A stretch of 61,566 nt of DNA, filler included, from Kipferlia bialata (Eukaryota), in the NCBI GenBank assembly GCA_003568945.1. It is 3 parts of 3 records of this genome, joined end to end, with 100 filler letters (N's around TTAATTAATTAA, not from the genome) between each part and the next. Parts side by side here need not be neighbours in the genome. Positions count along the whole stretch, not along the records: positions 26,877 to 58,494 come from BDIP01000104.1; positions 58,595 to 61,566 come from BDIP01000174.1; 1 more part is not named here. One strand, given 5' to 3'. Each line of letters opens with the position of its first letter. Within the stretch, counting starts at the first letter, position 1. Shown here in pieces: positions 47,512 through 61,469 of the stretch. Made by a program: the position numbers and the translations under genes. The notes under the pieces were generated by a model that searched no databases, was not told the origin of the DNA, and saw only the letters and a program-made list of their open reading frames with translations.

Positions 47512-48593
47512 CTGATGGGTTAGAGACAGACAGACAGAATGTAGATATATGAGTATCCTAATGGATCCACTATCATGTGTAGAGTCAGGGAGAGATGCAC
47601 AGATACACACAGGGGTCACAAGGGGAGGTATCAAGAGGGGTTGTAGCACATATAGCACTAGTGGAGACATACAGCGACAGAAATAGACTGAGTCTGAGGG
47701 ACCACCAATACTCAAACTGATTGGGTACAATAATAGAATGGGGATGCTACCGCACCCTGCGCCACAACACAACAGTATATGACACAAAGGAGTACATAGG
47801 CACGAAACTGCACATACCACAAGTACACACACACTATATCACCCCAATCCAACACCATATAAGAGAGTGGGGTATGGCTGTTTCCTATACAATTCCCAAA
47901 TACACTCACAACAGATACTAACAGGCCGCAGCAGCCACATTATACTCTAATATGACTGTAGTGTCACCATAAGTAGTGGTATATGAGCATGGGAGGGCTA
48001 TACTGTGCATAAGGTAGTCATGTGTGTCTCACCCTACTCTCTCTCACTGAGTGGTATAACGACGCACACACATGTATATGATGGTAATCAGTAACCTAGT
48101 GCACATATATACACACAAAGTACACAGTGAGAGCCCCCCACCGTATATACGGTACTAAGATCATATAAAAGCACATGTACATACACATAGAGACAGGTGA
48201 AGGTGCCCACATACCGTAACAGCGGGGTCAAGAAGCGATGAGGGGTTCCGAGAGTGTCTGCTAGAGCCAGAACGGCTCGTGTGATTGCTTACCAGCTCTC
48301 AATGCGCCCCAAGGGCCGTCAAAACAGAGAAGAAATCCGCCCAGCCTCCAGATAGAGGTGGATACCAGCTAAAGCTGCTGATCTAGTGCCTAAGACGCAA
48401 CCCGGCAACTCTAGCCGCGGAGAACGGCGTAGAGGGCTGTCAGGTAGTGCAATTCACACTCTCTATGGGCTAGAGAAACAGCTCTGAAAGTGAGATCTGA
48501 ACGCGAGACAATCCGACTTGCATTTCGGAGAGACGTCACTTGCTCTTGATTGATACCTCTCTACAGTAGGCACTGACTGTATAGGAGAGTGCG

Positions 48594-48790
48594 ATGCAGG
48601 GCTGGCTACTGACATTGTTGTTTGGGGTGCCGTGTGTGGTGCTGGTGTATGTGCTGAGGCTGGGTCGGAGACAGGACACAGTCCTCCCCCCACCCACCGC
48701 TGCCTCTGTACAGGCTGTCAGAGACATGCACAGGGACAGTGAGTCCACAGATATGGCGGTGGTCACAGGGGCATCAAGTGGACTGGGCAG
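48594..48790 (+). CDS. First exon of a membrane-anchored short-chain dehydrogenase/reductase; downstream exons not found
   Basis: Hydrophobic N-terminus (WLLTLLFGVPCVVLVYVL), Rossmann motif AVVTGASSGLG, then a GTGAGG donor. Confidence 0.65.
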
Positions 48791-49114
48791 GTGAGGGTGT
48801 GCGTGGTATATACGCATAATCCCTCTTTGGTACTGGTATCGGTATCGGTGGTACATCTCTAATCATCTCCATTGGAGCCTCTCTATACCTACTTATGTCC
48901 CTCATCACCCAACTCAAGTGTAATATGCATATATTAGATACTGACAGATTGTGGTGTGTATGGTACTCTACCCATATTTGATATGTTTTGGTACCGGTAC
49001 CGGTATCAGTCAAGTGACATGTAACCAGCTACTTCACATAGTCGTCTAGCCATATATACATACATATACGTGTCCTATTACTCTTAGTCCTTAGTACTAG
49101 TGATGTGGGTGGTT

Positions 49115-49115
<1 letters not shown>

Positions 49116-49157
<42 letters not shown>

Positions 49158-49190
49158 CTCCCTCTCCCCCCCCCCCCCCCCCCCCCCCCG
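49116..49190. repeat. Long poly-C tract (similar G/C homopolymers at 17-40, 18715-18795, 26724-26770, 26883-26922, 58595-58621, 61530-61556)
   Basis: Homopolymer runs seen directly. Several sit at scaffold ends, so they probably mark assembly break or join points. Confidence 0.85.
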
Positions 49191-49279
49191 CCAGTGGCCT
49201 ACTGTCCTATGTTCCTAGATATCATGTGACATTCTCTTAACTGTATGGCTACTCCCCTCCTTTCTGTGTCTCACCCCAG

Positions 49280-52200
49280 ATGGAATACTCGGACCCTCTG
49301 GTTGACACCACCCACTCCCACCTGATCCACACCCCTCTCAGTGTGTATGTGGTGTCAGAGGAGGGACTGGAGGAGACAGAAGGTATCTTCAGCTTCGATT
49401 TAGTCACCATCGTTGTCTCCCCTTCACACCTCCCCGTGCACCATATTCTCTATTTCTCTCCTAAGCCTGATTCCAGGCACCTGGTATAGCGTTGATCCTG
49501 TCGGCCCCCTGAGCGTGTCTCCTATTCCACCTGAGTCTGTTCACACCCACCTTGCTGACATGCTGGGTGGACACACCCACCACACACTGTGGGTGGTAAC
49601 CAATCCCACCTCCGCATCATCCCCCTCAGTCACTACCAAGGCCACTGACGATGAGGCATCAACATCCTCTGCCACTCTCTCCCCTACGACATTCAGACGG
49701 GGCATCCTCACTCCTGCCTCAGTGTGTGTAGTGGATGCATCTAGTACACCTGTGGGTGGAGAGGGTGTGGAGTGTACTGTCCAGACAGTGAGGCCTGACA
49801 GGACTAGTGTGGACGCCTCATACACTGGGGTGTGGGATACCACATCGTCGTGCTACACCCTAAGGATGGAGGTCACATACGACTCCGCAGCCAATGTAAG
49901 TGTCATATAGTATATATTTTTCTTTTGTATATGTCACTTGCCTCTCTCATTATTAAGAGAGTTGTTTCACCCCCAGGTCTACATCGATGGCTGTCTTGTG
50001 CAGTCAATCGACATCACCACCAGGGACCCCCACACCCGTCCCATCCTGCACTACCCCAGTGAGGAGCAAGGGGGTGACGGAGACCTCCTCGGCAGCAGTG
50101 TCTCTCTCTCTGGGTCCACTCTGTTAGTGGGTGCCCCAGGTGCCGGAGAGGCAAGAGTAATGGAGGTGGTGGATGACACACTCACAGTCACATCCACACT
50201 GTCTGACCCTGACATCCCTCTCTTTGGAGAGGCTGTGTCTATAGATGGAGAGTGGGCTGCTGTCGGTGGGTACACTGCTGGGGGCGCCTGTTCTGTCAGA
50301 CTGTACCACTACCAGGGGTCAGACTGGGTGGACACGACCCAGGTGTTCAGCCCCATCACCAGTGATGCAGGTGGTGTGGCTGTCACTCTGGAGGGTGGTC
50401 TACTGGCCATAGGGTGCATGGCTGCAGAGGACTCTGGTGCTGTAGGCAGTGCCACTGTGTACACTGTAGAGACAGGCACATGGGTGATGGAGTCCTTCTT
50501 TGTAGGTACCGATGCCGGGTATGGGCACTCTGTGTCTCTAGACAGTGTGAGTGGTACGGACATGCTGGCGGTGGGTGGCAAGGGGTCAGCCTATGTGTAC
50601 ACCAGGGATACATCCTCTGGGGTATGGGACACCACACCCTACACGGTGGAGACAGACACTACCGATGAGGAGGATGAGGACTATCCATACAATGGGTCTC
50701 TGCTCTCTGTCTCTATGTATGACACGGTACTGGCAGTGGGTATACCACTCAAGGAGGAGGTACGCATATACGTTCTCTCTACTACTACATAACCATGTAT
50801 TCATAAGTGTATTGCCTCTTTCTCACCCCAGCTCCGAGTGTACAACTGTCCGGAAGGCACATGCTCATACCTCAACAGACTGACACACACCTCTGTCAAT
50901 CAGGACTCACTTTATGGTGTCTCCGTGGAACTGTACGGGAACAGTATGGCAGTGGGAGTGCCGGGTACGTATCTTCCTTCTACTCCTGACCCAAAATAGG
51001 TGGTAATATTTTGATTGATCAATATATGTTATAGTCTCACTATCAGGCAGGCGCACTGAGGACGGCGGTCTGTTCATCTACCAGCGTACCACAAGGTATA
51101 CCAACCACAATGTATCTCATTCACCATCACACACTCTCTCACACCAGCACCTCTGGATGGCGTATGACGTCCTATGTCGACGCGTACTACAACGAGTATC
51201 TAGGGTACTCAGTTGCCATATCGTCCAGTATGGCAGTAGGAGGCATGCCGAGAGACAACTCCTCGGAGGGCACTGTCTTGATTGTAGACGAGGGATACAC
51301 TGTACCGGTGACACCACCTATCATAGGGGGATTCAGAGAGCTCAAGCTAGACCCAGTCCGTGATTCATACGGAGAGGCAGTAGTGGATACGGTCTCCATC
51401 AACATGCATGTCAACGGGGCATATGCAGGGTTCCAGTGGCTGGAAGAGGAGGAGAAGTACCTCTCCCTGCGTCAGAACAGCTACCCGCCTGGCTCTTCGT
51501 CCTCTGTTGGATACTATGTGAGGCCTGTCGGTGATACCAGGCCTGTCTATCTCAGACTGTGGCACTCTGTGTCTATCATATTCGGCCCCACTGTTGGCAT
51601 TGATGCCCTACCCGCCATGATTGAGGTGGGTGGAGTGCTCCACATTTATATATGTATTGTCAGTCTATTTTCTAGTTAATATGCTATGTATGGTGTATAG
51701 CATATTTCCACTGCTCTCTTCATGATCAGTATATATTATATACTAGTACACTATGCAGGTACTAACCTCTCAGGGTGACCATGTGGAGCTGCGTATCTAC
51801 AACGAGAACGGACTGGCTATCACCGATGCCAACAGAGCGGTGTCCATAGCATGGACACAAGACACCCCAGTGTATGTGGATGCAGTGTGGGACAGTGAGA
51901 GAGAGGTCCACCTGGCCGCCCTCTCCCCCTCCACCATCACGTCTGATACCTCTGCTGCCCCCTCTGCCCCAGTCTCTGTCACAGTGACAAGCAGCACATA
52001 CGGCACATTGGGGGTAGAGGGGGAGGTGGCACTCTTCAGTGCAGAGGGCCTCTCCTCTGCTGGTGTTGTCACAGTGGCCCCTACCTCCTTTGCCGAGGGT
52101 GTGACAAGCAGTGTGCTGGTCACTGTGGTGGATGGCGAGGGTAGAGTAGTGGGTGGCAACCATGCGGATGTGACGGTAGTGGCAGGAGAAGGGTCTTGCC

Positions 52201-55200
52201 AGGTGTACTGGGACCAAGACCTCTATGCATTTGAGGCAGAGGTGGTGGTGCGTGAGCAAGGGACGCTGCAGGTGGTGTATGGGAGTCAGACCATCCTGTC
52301 GGAGCCTGACATCTACACGTACTACCCATATACAGTGGTCAGAGAGATGCAGGAGACAGAGGATGACGCAGTGGATATATACACCTATGGAGACACTGTC
52401 GCCATATCAGGGGACTGGGCCGCCGTTGCTAATCCCCTAAGGGATTCATCGTCCTACGGGTATGTGTACCTCTACCACAGGGTGGAAGGGTGTGTGTGGG
52501 AGCTCTCCCAAACCGTGCGTATCTATAGGAAGGAGAGAGTGTCTGTCGCACTCGATGGAGAGTGGCTGGTGATTGGCAAGATGGCCACCATCCATCACGA
52601 TGTCGACATCTACAAGCTCATAGAGGGCCAGTGGGAGTTGCACCAGGTACCGTATACATACATACTTCGATTCTCTCACTCTATCTGATATTTGTACTGT
52701 AACACCTTTCCTCATCCCAGGTATTCTACTACTCGTCTGTGGTCCACTTCTACCCTGAGCTAGATGTGTTCTTGAACAGCGTGTCTATGAGGGATGGGCT
52801 GTTGGTAGTGGGTAGACCCGAGGATAGGAGTGACGTCAACGGCTATGTCTATGTATACCAGTTGAGGGACAACATCTGGCAGAGCGTGGGTCGCATACCT
52901 GCATCTACCATCCTGGGTGATGGAATCGAGGCAGTGGCTGAGTTTGGGTGCCATGTGTACACGGATGGAGTGAGGGTTGGGGTGGGGTCCTTGGTGTCCA
53001 CTGATGCATCTGTCACCGAGGCCACGGAGAGCCACATCTCTGTCTTCGAGCAGTTTGGCACATCCACCACATCTTGGGAGGTTGTGATATCGTCTGCCGG
53101 TGACAGAGTGGCCATGTATCATGACACTGTTGCCATATCCAAGTACTTCTTAGTGAGTAACCCTGAGCCCTCTGTTGACATATATGCTCTTGTGGATGGG
53201 GGGTCAGTGGATGAGAGTGGGGACCCTATTCTAGAGTGGAGAGTGCAGCAGACACTGTCGGGGAGCAGGGAGGGTGACTTCGTTCCCGCTGCCTCTTCCT
53301 TCGGTGCCACTCTGGCCTTCTTCCACGATACCCTTGTGGTAGGGGGAGGGGTGGGTCTCAACATGTACCAGCCTGGGACAGAGGGGTGGGACCTTCGCTG
53401 GCAGTCTACCCTCAATGATAGCGAGAGACCTATCGAGAGTGTGGCTATAGGGGGCGATGCCGTCCTCGCCCAGGTGGGTGAGGGCCGCGTTGCCTTCTTC
53501 GAGTCTAACTGGGACACATGCCCCCCAGAGGGTATCGAGTTGTCAGTGGACGCCGGTAACTACGGGGTCTCTGTTGCTCTGACCCCCACTGCTGCTGACC
53601 TATGGGTGGATGATGAGGCTAGAGTGGGTATCGAGTACAAGTCGGATAAGGGAGAGTACCCCCTTCTGCTACAGGATGGAGGGGACGAGGACTCTCTACT
53701 ATGGTCTAGGGACACACAGTGGCTGGTGCCCGGGACAGTGGTGCTGGCAGACATCGACGGGATGAGGTACCAGTCTGACTATGTGAGGGTCAATGAGCAC
53801 ACCGTCAATGTCATCACGGGGGCATCGTCTACAGCACCGAGTCTAGTCCTAGTCTCCACCGGGGGTGTCCAGAGTATCACGGGCGTAGCACTCGCAGATG
53901 TGTACCCAGATGGCCTCGCGGCTACTGTTGTTATAGGTGGGTTGATAGGTGTGGTCTTGACTTCTTGAACTCAGATGGGTGGTTCCCGTGATGGATGATC
54001 AACATATAACTAACCCCAGGCGATGACGGTGTTGTGCGGCACTCCATCATTGACACGAATGAGACTGAGACATACTCTGTGGCAGTGTTTGACACCCCTT
54101 TGGATGTGCCATCCTCTTGGCAGCAGGGTGCCTCAGGCCAGGTCCTACCCGTCCCCCTCTCTGTCACTATACAACAGGATGGGGTGGAAGTTAGTGAGGC
54201 AGGGACCGGCTGGATCACTGCCTCCTCCACTGTTGTCATACCCACTAGGGGAGAGGTGGTGCATCAGGATATGGACCCAGTCCCTAGGGGGGCATGCTCA
54301 GAGGTCCAGGTTGCTCTGTATGACGCAGATGACAACTATGTGTCATGTGCGTCACCTGGTGTTGCCATTGAGCAGCCGTCATCAGAGCCCGATGACAGAT
54401 ATGTCCTATATCCACTTGGTACCACCAGTCACTGCACGATGCACTTCTGTGTTCCTGACAATGCCCCCGTCAACTCCAGGATACTCATCACATACGAGGG
54501 CAGGACACTGGTCTCTGTGCCAGTGGCAGTATCAGCAGCTGTTGACACCCATGTGTGGGTGACAGCCTCATACCTATGCATGCCTCTATTGGTGATTGTG
54601 CTAGGTTGTGTGTCCCTTGGGGTGAGTACCAAGCACCTTGCCCCTCCCCCTCCTGACATTGTCGAGGCCTGTGACGATGCAAGCACAAGGACATTCCGCA
54701 TGTTCTACCCGATTAACGTTGTGGTACTCGGCCTCCTCAGGTGTGATTCTTCCATTGTAATACAATACTCTCACTAGCAGTTTTCCTCCCCACTCATCTA
54801 ATCGACAGGGTTCTCGGTTTTGCCATTGACTTCTATGTGGTGCTTCGCTTCCTCGGCTACTTCTGGAACGTCCGCATAGCCACGAGACTGACCACCCTGC
54901 CTGTCGTCAAGTACCCTGTGCTTCTGTCCTCATGGCTAGCTGCATGGACATCCTCTGTCATAAAGGGCATAGCAGACAGAGACACATCCCCCTTGGTCTG
55001 TGTGCTCTGGTACATGGCTGGATGTGCTATCTTGGTGGCACTCGTTGTTGTGCTCTTCCGTCTCTGTGAGATGCAGGTGAGTATCGCGTAACTCTACGAA
55101 GATAACAACAAGTACCTGTCTAACACTCAGGTCAAGGCCTCTGAGCACAAGAGCCGTCTGTATGTGTACCCCCCCTTCCATCTAGCCAAGAGTGTGGGTG

Positions 55201-57255
55201 TCATCGCTGGGTGTATCCTCAGTGACATGGTGCTGTGGATGGTGGTGGGTGGGACAGGCCTCTCAAAGGGACTGGCCCTGCTTCTTATTGGCGTTGTAGC
55301 TGTTCTCTGCTACACCCTCATTGCATTCTTCGGAAACATGGAGATTCAGGCAGTCATTGTACACACACAGGTCGGTGATGGATATTTATGATTACTCTAT
55401 GTTCTACACCTATATCTCTCACTCCAGGAGTCCCTAGAGATGTTCTATGACTGGCTGAGGGGCGGAGACAAGCGCCGCAGACTGCTGTTGCGCTGGCTGG
55501 GGGCTGTCTTCGTAGGCCCCTCATACCTCTCCTACATGGTACTCTCCCCCTTCACCCACTCCCTTGCATATGTACTGATGTCCGTGTGTGGGGTCTATGA
55601 GTGCCTCTCAGCCACTGTAGAGCGTGTCACTCACCTGGTCGTATGTGTTCTCCTAGGTGCAGTGGTAGGGGTGTTCGTCTATCCCTTCACTCCCTATGCT
55701 GCAGGTATCGCTGGTTTCTGCCTTTTCTCGGACCTAGTTCTGTCCCTCTTGCTCGACCCCAAGACTCGGTTTGATCCCTACACAGTGGCCCAGGAGCGTG
55801 TGCGTGTGATGAACAGAAGGGTCTGGGATCTGAGGAAGGACCCGATCAAGCAGGTATTACACTTCCTTCTATTCTATTCGCTATTGGATTATTGTCTCTT
55901 CCTAATCAAATATACATTTCTATGTATCTGACCTGTTTTGTTCCCTTGACCCACAGGACCCTACCATGGCTGAACGCTATGTCGAGCTGAACTCTGCCCT
56001 TAGACGCACCTCCCTCCTCGTGTGTCCCCTTGTCGGACCTGTTCTATCCACTGTAGGGGACACACTCTCCTCCCCACCTCTACTAGTCCCTGGAGTGCGG
56101 CGCTACACCCTCAACTGGAGCACCAACCTGATATCCCTCGTGTGTCTGTTCTCACTTGTGGTTAATACCGACAGAGCTGGCATTCGTGTCCTGGCTCTGA
56201 TGATGTACGTCATATTGCAGGTACAGTGCAATGTCGTATGTCTATACCTATATTGTCCTGTCACCCCTCACAGTAGGCCTTCGATGTGTGTCAACGTTCC
56301 AGAATGCTAGCTAAGCGTTTCCGCCGTGCTGGATACATTGTGACCCCTGCTGATGTCCAGAGAGCTATCCCTGACCCAGGTGTGTATATGAGTATATAGT
56401 GTATATGTATGAAGAGAATATGTCAGATTGACGGTCTCTATGGTTGCGTTACGGAGAGAAGTGTGGTTTAGAGAAGGATACGCTATATCATTGTCCTCAC
56501 CCCAGTTGCTGAGGCCATGCGTCCCAGTCCCGTGGCCAGAGTGTTTGGATGGGGCAGGTGTGTATATGTATACATATATATTGAGTGTGGTCATAGAGTG
56601 CAATTGCAAACTCTGTTAGTCCTGCTTTGTTGATGTGTATCTTATCAACCAGGAAGGCTGGCCGCGCTGCCTCCAAGGCCGGCTCTAAGCTACGCGGTGG
56701 CAACCCTACACGTGCCCCTCCTGTGCCCACCCGCACCCCCCTCTCCTCCACTCGGACCAGGCAGTCACCCCCTCCCCCTCCCTCCCGAAGACAAGAGACT
56801 GCCCCACCAGCAGAGGGGGTGTCACTAGATAGATTGGACGCCTCGCAGACACGCACGCGGCCGTCACCCCCTCCCCCTCCTATACGGAGAGAGGCATCGA
56901 ATGCATCACTGCTATCCAGGTCTGAGAGCACCAGCAGGAAGTCCCCCCCTCCCCCACCCTCTAGACGCAGTGCCGCACCTGCACCTCCTGTCCCTACTAA
57001 TACTGAGAGGGAGAGGGCTAGTACTAGGGCTGCCCCCCCTGCACCCCCTCCCAGGAGCCCAGTGCTAGGGAGCAGCAGCAGTAGGACTCTGCTGAGTAGC
57101 AGGTACTTACGATGCACCATCTGAGTATTTCTGTAATGCAAGTCTATTATAGTATGTCAATGGCAATTAACCCCAGGAGTACGTCGCAACTAGGTGCTTC
57201 CCGCACTGCGCCCCCTCCCCCTCCCCCACGGAGAGAGACCAGGGGAGAGCTGTGA
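49280..57255 (+). CDS. Large surface protein: FG-GAP-like beta-propeller repeats, beta-rich spacers, multi-pass TM region and Pro-rich cytoplasmic tail (5' end uncertain)
   Basis: About 17 exons with short introns. Repeats LGSSVSLSGSTLLVGAPG, FGEAVSIDGEWAAVG, YGHSVSLD, YGVSVELYGNSMAVGVPG, LGYSVAISSSMAVG, YGDTVAISGDWAAVANP and FGATLAFFHDTLVVG. Many hydrophobic segments at 54560-56380. Tail with PPPPPSRR repeats ending RRETRGEL* at 57255. Confidence 0.8.
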
Positions 57256-57566
57256 CTATCACAGTGATAGCGCATGATGTATATTGATATCAGCTTGAAT
57301 GTACTTCATATCGTCATACTGACTGACATGACTAGAGAGTCATACTCGACTGAATTCCCTTGTACCTGTATTCCATAAATAGGACATTTTAACACTCTCG
57401 TAGTATATACACTGAAGTAGTGACCGAGCTGCACACTGGGAATATATATGTCCATGATATAATAATATGATTATGAGACTGCGGCAAAGATGATAGTTGA
57501 GTAAGATAAGAGGAGACACCCGGTCACAAACCAACACCAGACTACCCATATCCATTTACACCCCCT

Positions 57567-58367
57567 CTACTCGTGCCCCTCATCCAGAGTGAACATCGCC
57601 ACCAGTCCTGAGGTGTCTCCATTTGCATTGACCTGGGGGTAGGAGAGACACAATCGACACTGGATATATATAACTGGCCAGAGATTTGACTTCAGATACA
57701 TATACATATCCACATAATGACCTCCACCCACCAGCATGTCTGTGGCCCATATTGATATGTATGCACACTCACACATCTATATATGCCACCAACCTGTATG
57801 TCTGTGGCCCCGTGCAGCACTAGCGTGTCTCCCTTCATTAGAGAGTCAGTCACAGTGTCAACACCTGGGTCAGAGGGGACTGCACACATGGGACACCCAA
57901 TGACTCAATACATAGTATGGCCTCATACATATGTCATGATTATCAGAGTGTGCATATATGTATGTCACAATACCTGTCGTATGTGCCTGCACTGTCTCCC
58001 CCTCCAGCACATACATCAGGTGGGTGTGTCTAGGGTCCAGTCGGGTGGCCAGAGGGAGCTTGGATACCTGGGCGGTGAGACACTCAGAAGAGAGAAAGAG
58101 AAACAGAAAGAGATCAGTGGACTTGGGGGGGGGGCAAGTGAAGTACCCACCCTGACTGAAGCCCCAGCCTTGACTGGATCAGTAGTAGTACCTGTATAGG
58201 TATCACACGATAAGTATCCCTTCTATACCTTCACTGATGCCCCGGCCTTAGAGGGGTCGTATATGAGACCCAGGTCCTTGATGGGGCCTCTCAGTAACTC
58301 GCAGTGTGTGTCATCACTGCCACTAAAGACAGCTGGGACATGGGTCTCATAGGGGGTGCCATTCAGG
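57567..58367 (-). CDS. HutD/Ves-like (cupin-fold) protein, 3' four exons; 5' part beyond scaffold end
   Basis: Exons 58367-58229, 58067-57974, 57864-57794 and 57632-57567 give PAVFSGSDDTHCELLRGPIKDLGLIY..HLMYVLEG..LMKGDTLVL. This resembles HutD PFxFSGDxxVxxxLxxGPxxDFNLM..LxYVLxG..LxxGD. Confidence 0.6.
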
Positions 58368-58494
58368 CTATAGTCAGATGGGAACACAGAGAGAGACATA
58401 TGTAGAAGGGAAGAGAGAAAGGAAGATATACTAAATAACATGAGAAGTGACACTGGGTGGAAGGGGGGGCGGGGACATAGAGAGGGGGGGGGGG

Positions 58495-58594
58495 NNNNNN
58501 NNNNNNNNNNNNNNNNNNNNNNNNNNNNNNNNNNNNNNTTAATTAATTAANNNNNNNNNNNNNNNNNNNNNNNNNNNNNNNNNNNNNNNNNNNN
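58495..58594. other. Artificial scaffold-joining linker (N44-TTAATTAATTAA-N44)
   Basis: Same construct as 26777-26876. Confidence 0.97.
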
Positions 58595-58681
58595 CCCCCC
58601 TCCCCCCCCCCCCCCCCCCCCTCCACCCCCGTATCAGAGTATGTATTAGTGAATGTATGAGTACCTTGCCCTGACCCCCAG

Positions 58682-59253
58682 TATGCTGAGGAGGCTGGAG
58701 ATACACTCGGAGCCAGTGCTCGCAGGTATATAGTAGATATTTGTATTGGTATATATAGATATTTACATGGAGCCAGTGCTTCGAGGTAGATAGTGTATAT
58801 AGATGTATATACATTGCACACTAACAGTATATGACTCATTGATTATGTACCAGTTCCTGTTCCCTGTGGTTGTTCTGTGACGTAGCGTATACATATACCC
58901 TGTATCTACATCAGTATCCATACGACGCAGTGTAACACCCCTCTATCCCACTACTATACAAGTATAGTCATATCCCTCTATATGTAAATACCCTCCCTAG
59001 ATCTATGTAGCTTCCCTTTTCAATAGACTTTCCAGTCTGACTATATGTATATATGTGTGTGTACATTGACTCGTTGCATACATTATGCCCTCTCCACACA
59101 CCCTCATTCTCTGACTGAATACATCTATACCTCTACACCTCTAACCACAGGCACGTGGCTGTCTGAGACCTCTGTGGTGACAGGGGGGGCAGACATGCAG
59201 GTGGTATACGTGTATATATTAATATGAGTGTATATATATATGTATGTGTGTGA

Positions 59254-59286
<33 letters not shown>

Positions 59287-59827
59287 GTGACGGGGGAAGC
59301 AGACATGCAGGTGGGGTGTGTACATATGGGTAGACATATGTGTGTGTGTGGGTGTGGGTGTATTGTAATCAATATAGTGCGTGTGTGACAGAGAGGATAC
59401 ATGTTCTGTTCCTTCATTGATATCTCTGATGCGTTTGTATGCGTCGGGCCCTTCCTATTGTACTCTTACTGACACTGACACTGATGTTCAGGTCACTGTA
59501 TCTGACATCCGGAGGGGAGACAGTAAGTCTGTGGGTGAGTGTATGTATGATGTATATGCATGGTGTGTCTATATTGCTTTGTACTTCGTTTCCACTACAT
59601 GCAAGACATGTCTCAACCATATACTATGAGGCGAACACTCTACATCCTATATCGTGGTTTCCACTGTTGATACACGTCCTGCATCCATATACCTATATAT
59701 CCCCTGACTGTATTGTGTATACTGTATTGTCTGACCTTTAGGCAAGCACTCTGCTGCCATCTCTGCCCTCGAGGCAGTCCCAGACATCAGGTACATGTGT
59801 ATGTGTGCACGGATATGTAAATAGTAT

Positions 59828-59862
<35 letters not shown>

Positions 59863-61185
59863 TCTACTCATACCTCTGCCATCTCTGCCCTCGAGGCAGT
59901 CCCAGACATCAGGTATATACATATATATATGTGCATGGGATTTGTAAATAGTATAGATAGATAGATATTCATTTCTATATATATATATATATAGGTGTAT
60001 ACACTTGTGTTTCCCCACCTCCAGCCCCAACTGTGTCCTGGGACATACATATATATATATATATATATATGCATCTACTCATACCCCAGCCCCCACTGTG
60101 TGTTGTCTGGGTCCTGGGACAAGACCCTGGCCCTGTGGGACAGTAGACAGGCACGGGCCGTGCAGAAGGCAGACCTCCCAGGTACAGGGGTGTATTCATT
60201 GATATGTATATATGTGTACAGAAGGGAGGCCTCCCAGGTATATGTATATGTTGGAGGTATATGTGTATGTGGATGTATGTATCACTGCCTGACCCCCCCA
60301 CCCCCAGGCAAGGTGTTTAGCATGTCCAGGATGGGGCCCTACAACGTGGTGGTAGGTCTGAGCAACAGACTGCTCAGGATATTCGACATCAGGTGTGGAC
60401 ATGTATATAGATGTATGCGTATATACACCCCAGGGACCTGTCCCACTCTTTGTGAATACAATATATGTGTATGCGATATATATGTGTTTATACTCTTTAG
60501 GTATATGTGGTATATATATAGTATATGCAATCCCCCACCCCAGGGACCTGTCGCACCCTCTTCAGCTGAGGGAGTCCAGCCTCAGACACCAGACCAGGGC
60601 ACTCGCGGGGAGGTATGGTTGTGTTCTCATATACTAATTTCATAGGTATTGTAGTTTCCACCGAGTGCCCCCCCCCCCCCACCCCCCAGGCTGGATGGGG
60701 AGGGCTATGCCATGTCATCTGTCGAGGGCAGGATCGGCATAGAGCGCTACTCCATGCAGGAGCAGAATGACAACACCAAGAAGTACTCCTTCCGATGCCA
60801 CAGGTGTGGATGTATATATATATATACACCTATATATATATACACACACACATATATATATACATATATATATATATATAGGTGTGTGTGTATATATAGG
60901 ATCTGGCACAGCCAGTATCTAGTATATCCCCAATGTCCATGTAACTCTGTGTCTATTGACTATCCCTTATTCCAATGATATTGACTATCCCTTATTCCAA
61001 TGATGCCAGGTCTGGAACTGACCGTGTCCTGGTGTATCCTGTCCATGCCCTGGTCTACCACCCAAAGGTACCACACACTATGTATATACATGTGTCATAT
61101 ATATATACAGATATTAGTCTGGTCTTCCACCTAATGGTATCTCACACACTATATGCGTGTGTCTTATATATATATATATTTAAAT

Positions 61186-61225
<40 letters not shown>

Positions 61226-61469
61226 TCTGATATTCGTCTACCAGATGTCTCTTTGAGACTATAGGTACTCTCACTACCCGACATCCATATGCATCTCTGT
61301 TACAGAGATTCTCTGTACCATCAAATAACTCTCATTATCATACTAATATGTCTCACATGGCTGGTCTATCCTATTACTTCAATGATTTCGTCTCTCCCTT
61401 ATATCGCAGAACACGGAGTTCCTTCTGAGCGGCGGCGGAGATGGGGTCATCAACATGTGGAACACAAAG
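58682..61469 (+). CDS. BUB3: Mitotic checkpoint WD40 protein Bub3 (Rae1/Bub3 family), partial at both ends
   Basis: Spliced HSEPVL, VVTGGAD, GKHSAAI, LSGSWDKTLALWDSR, GKVFSMS, RESSLRHQTR, GYAMSSVEGRIGIE, KKYSFRCHR, VYPVHALVYHP and LSGGGDGVINMW. Confidence 0.88.
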
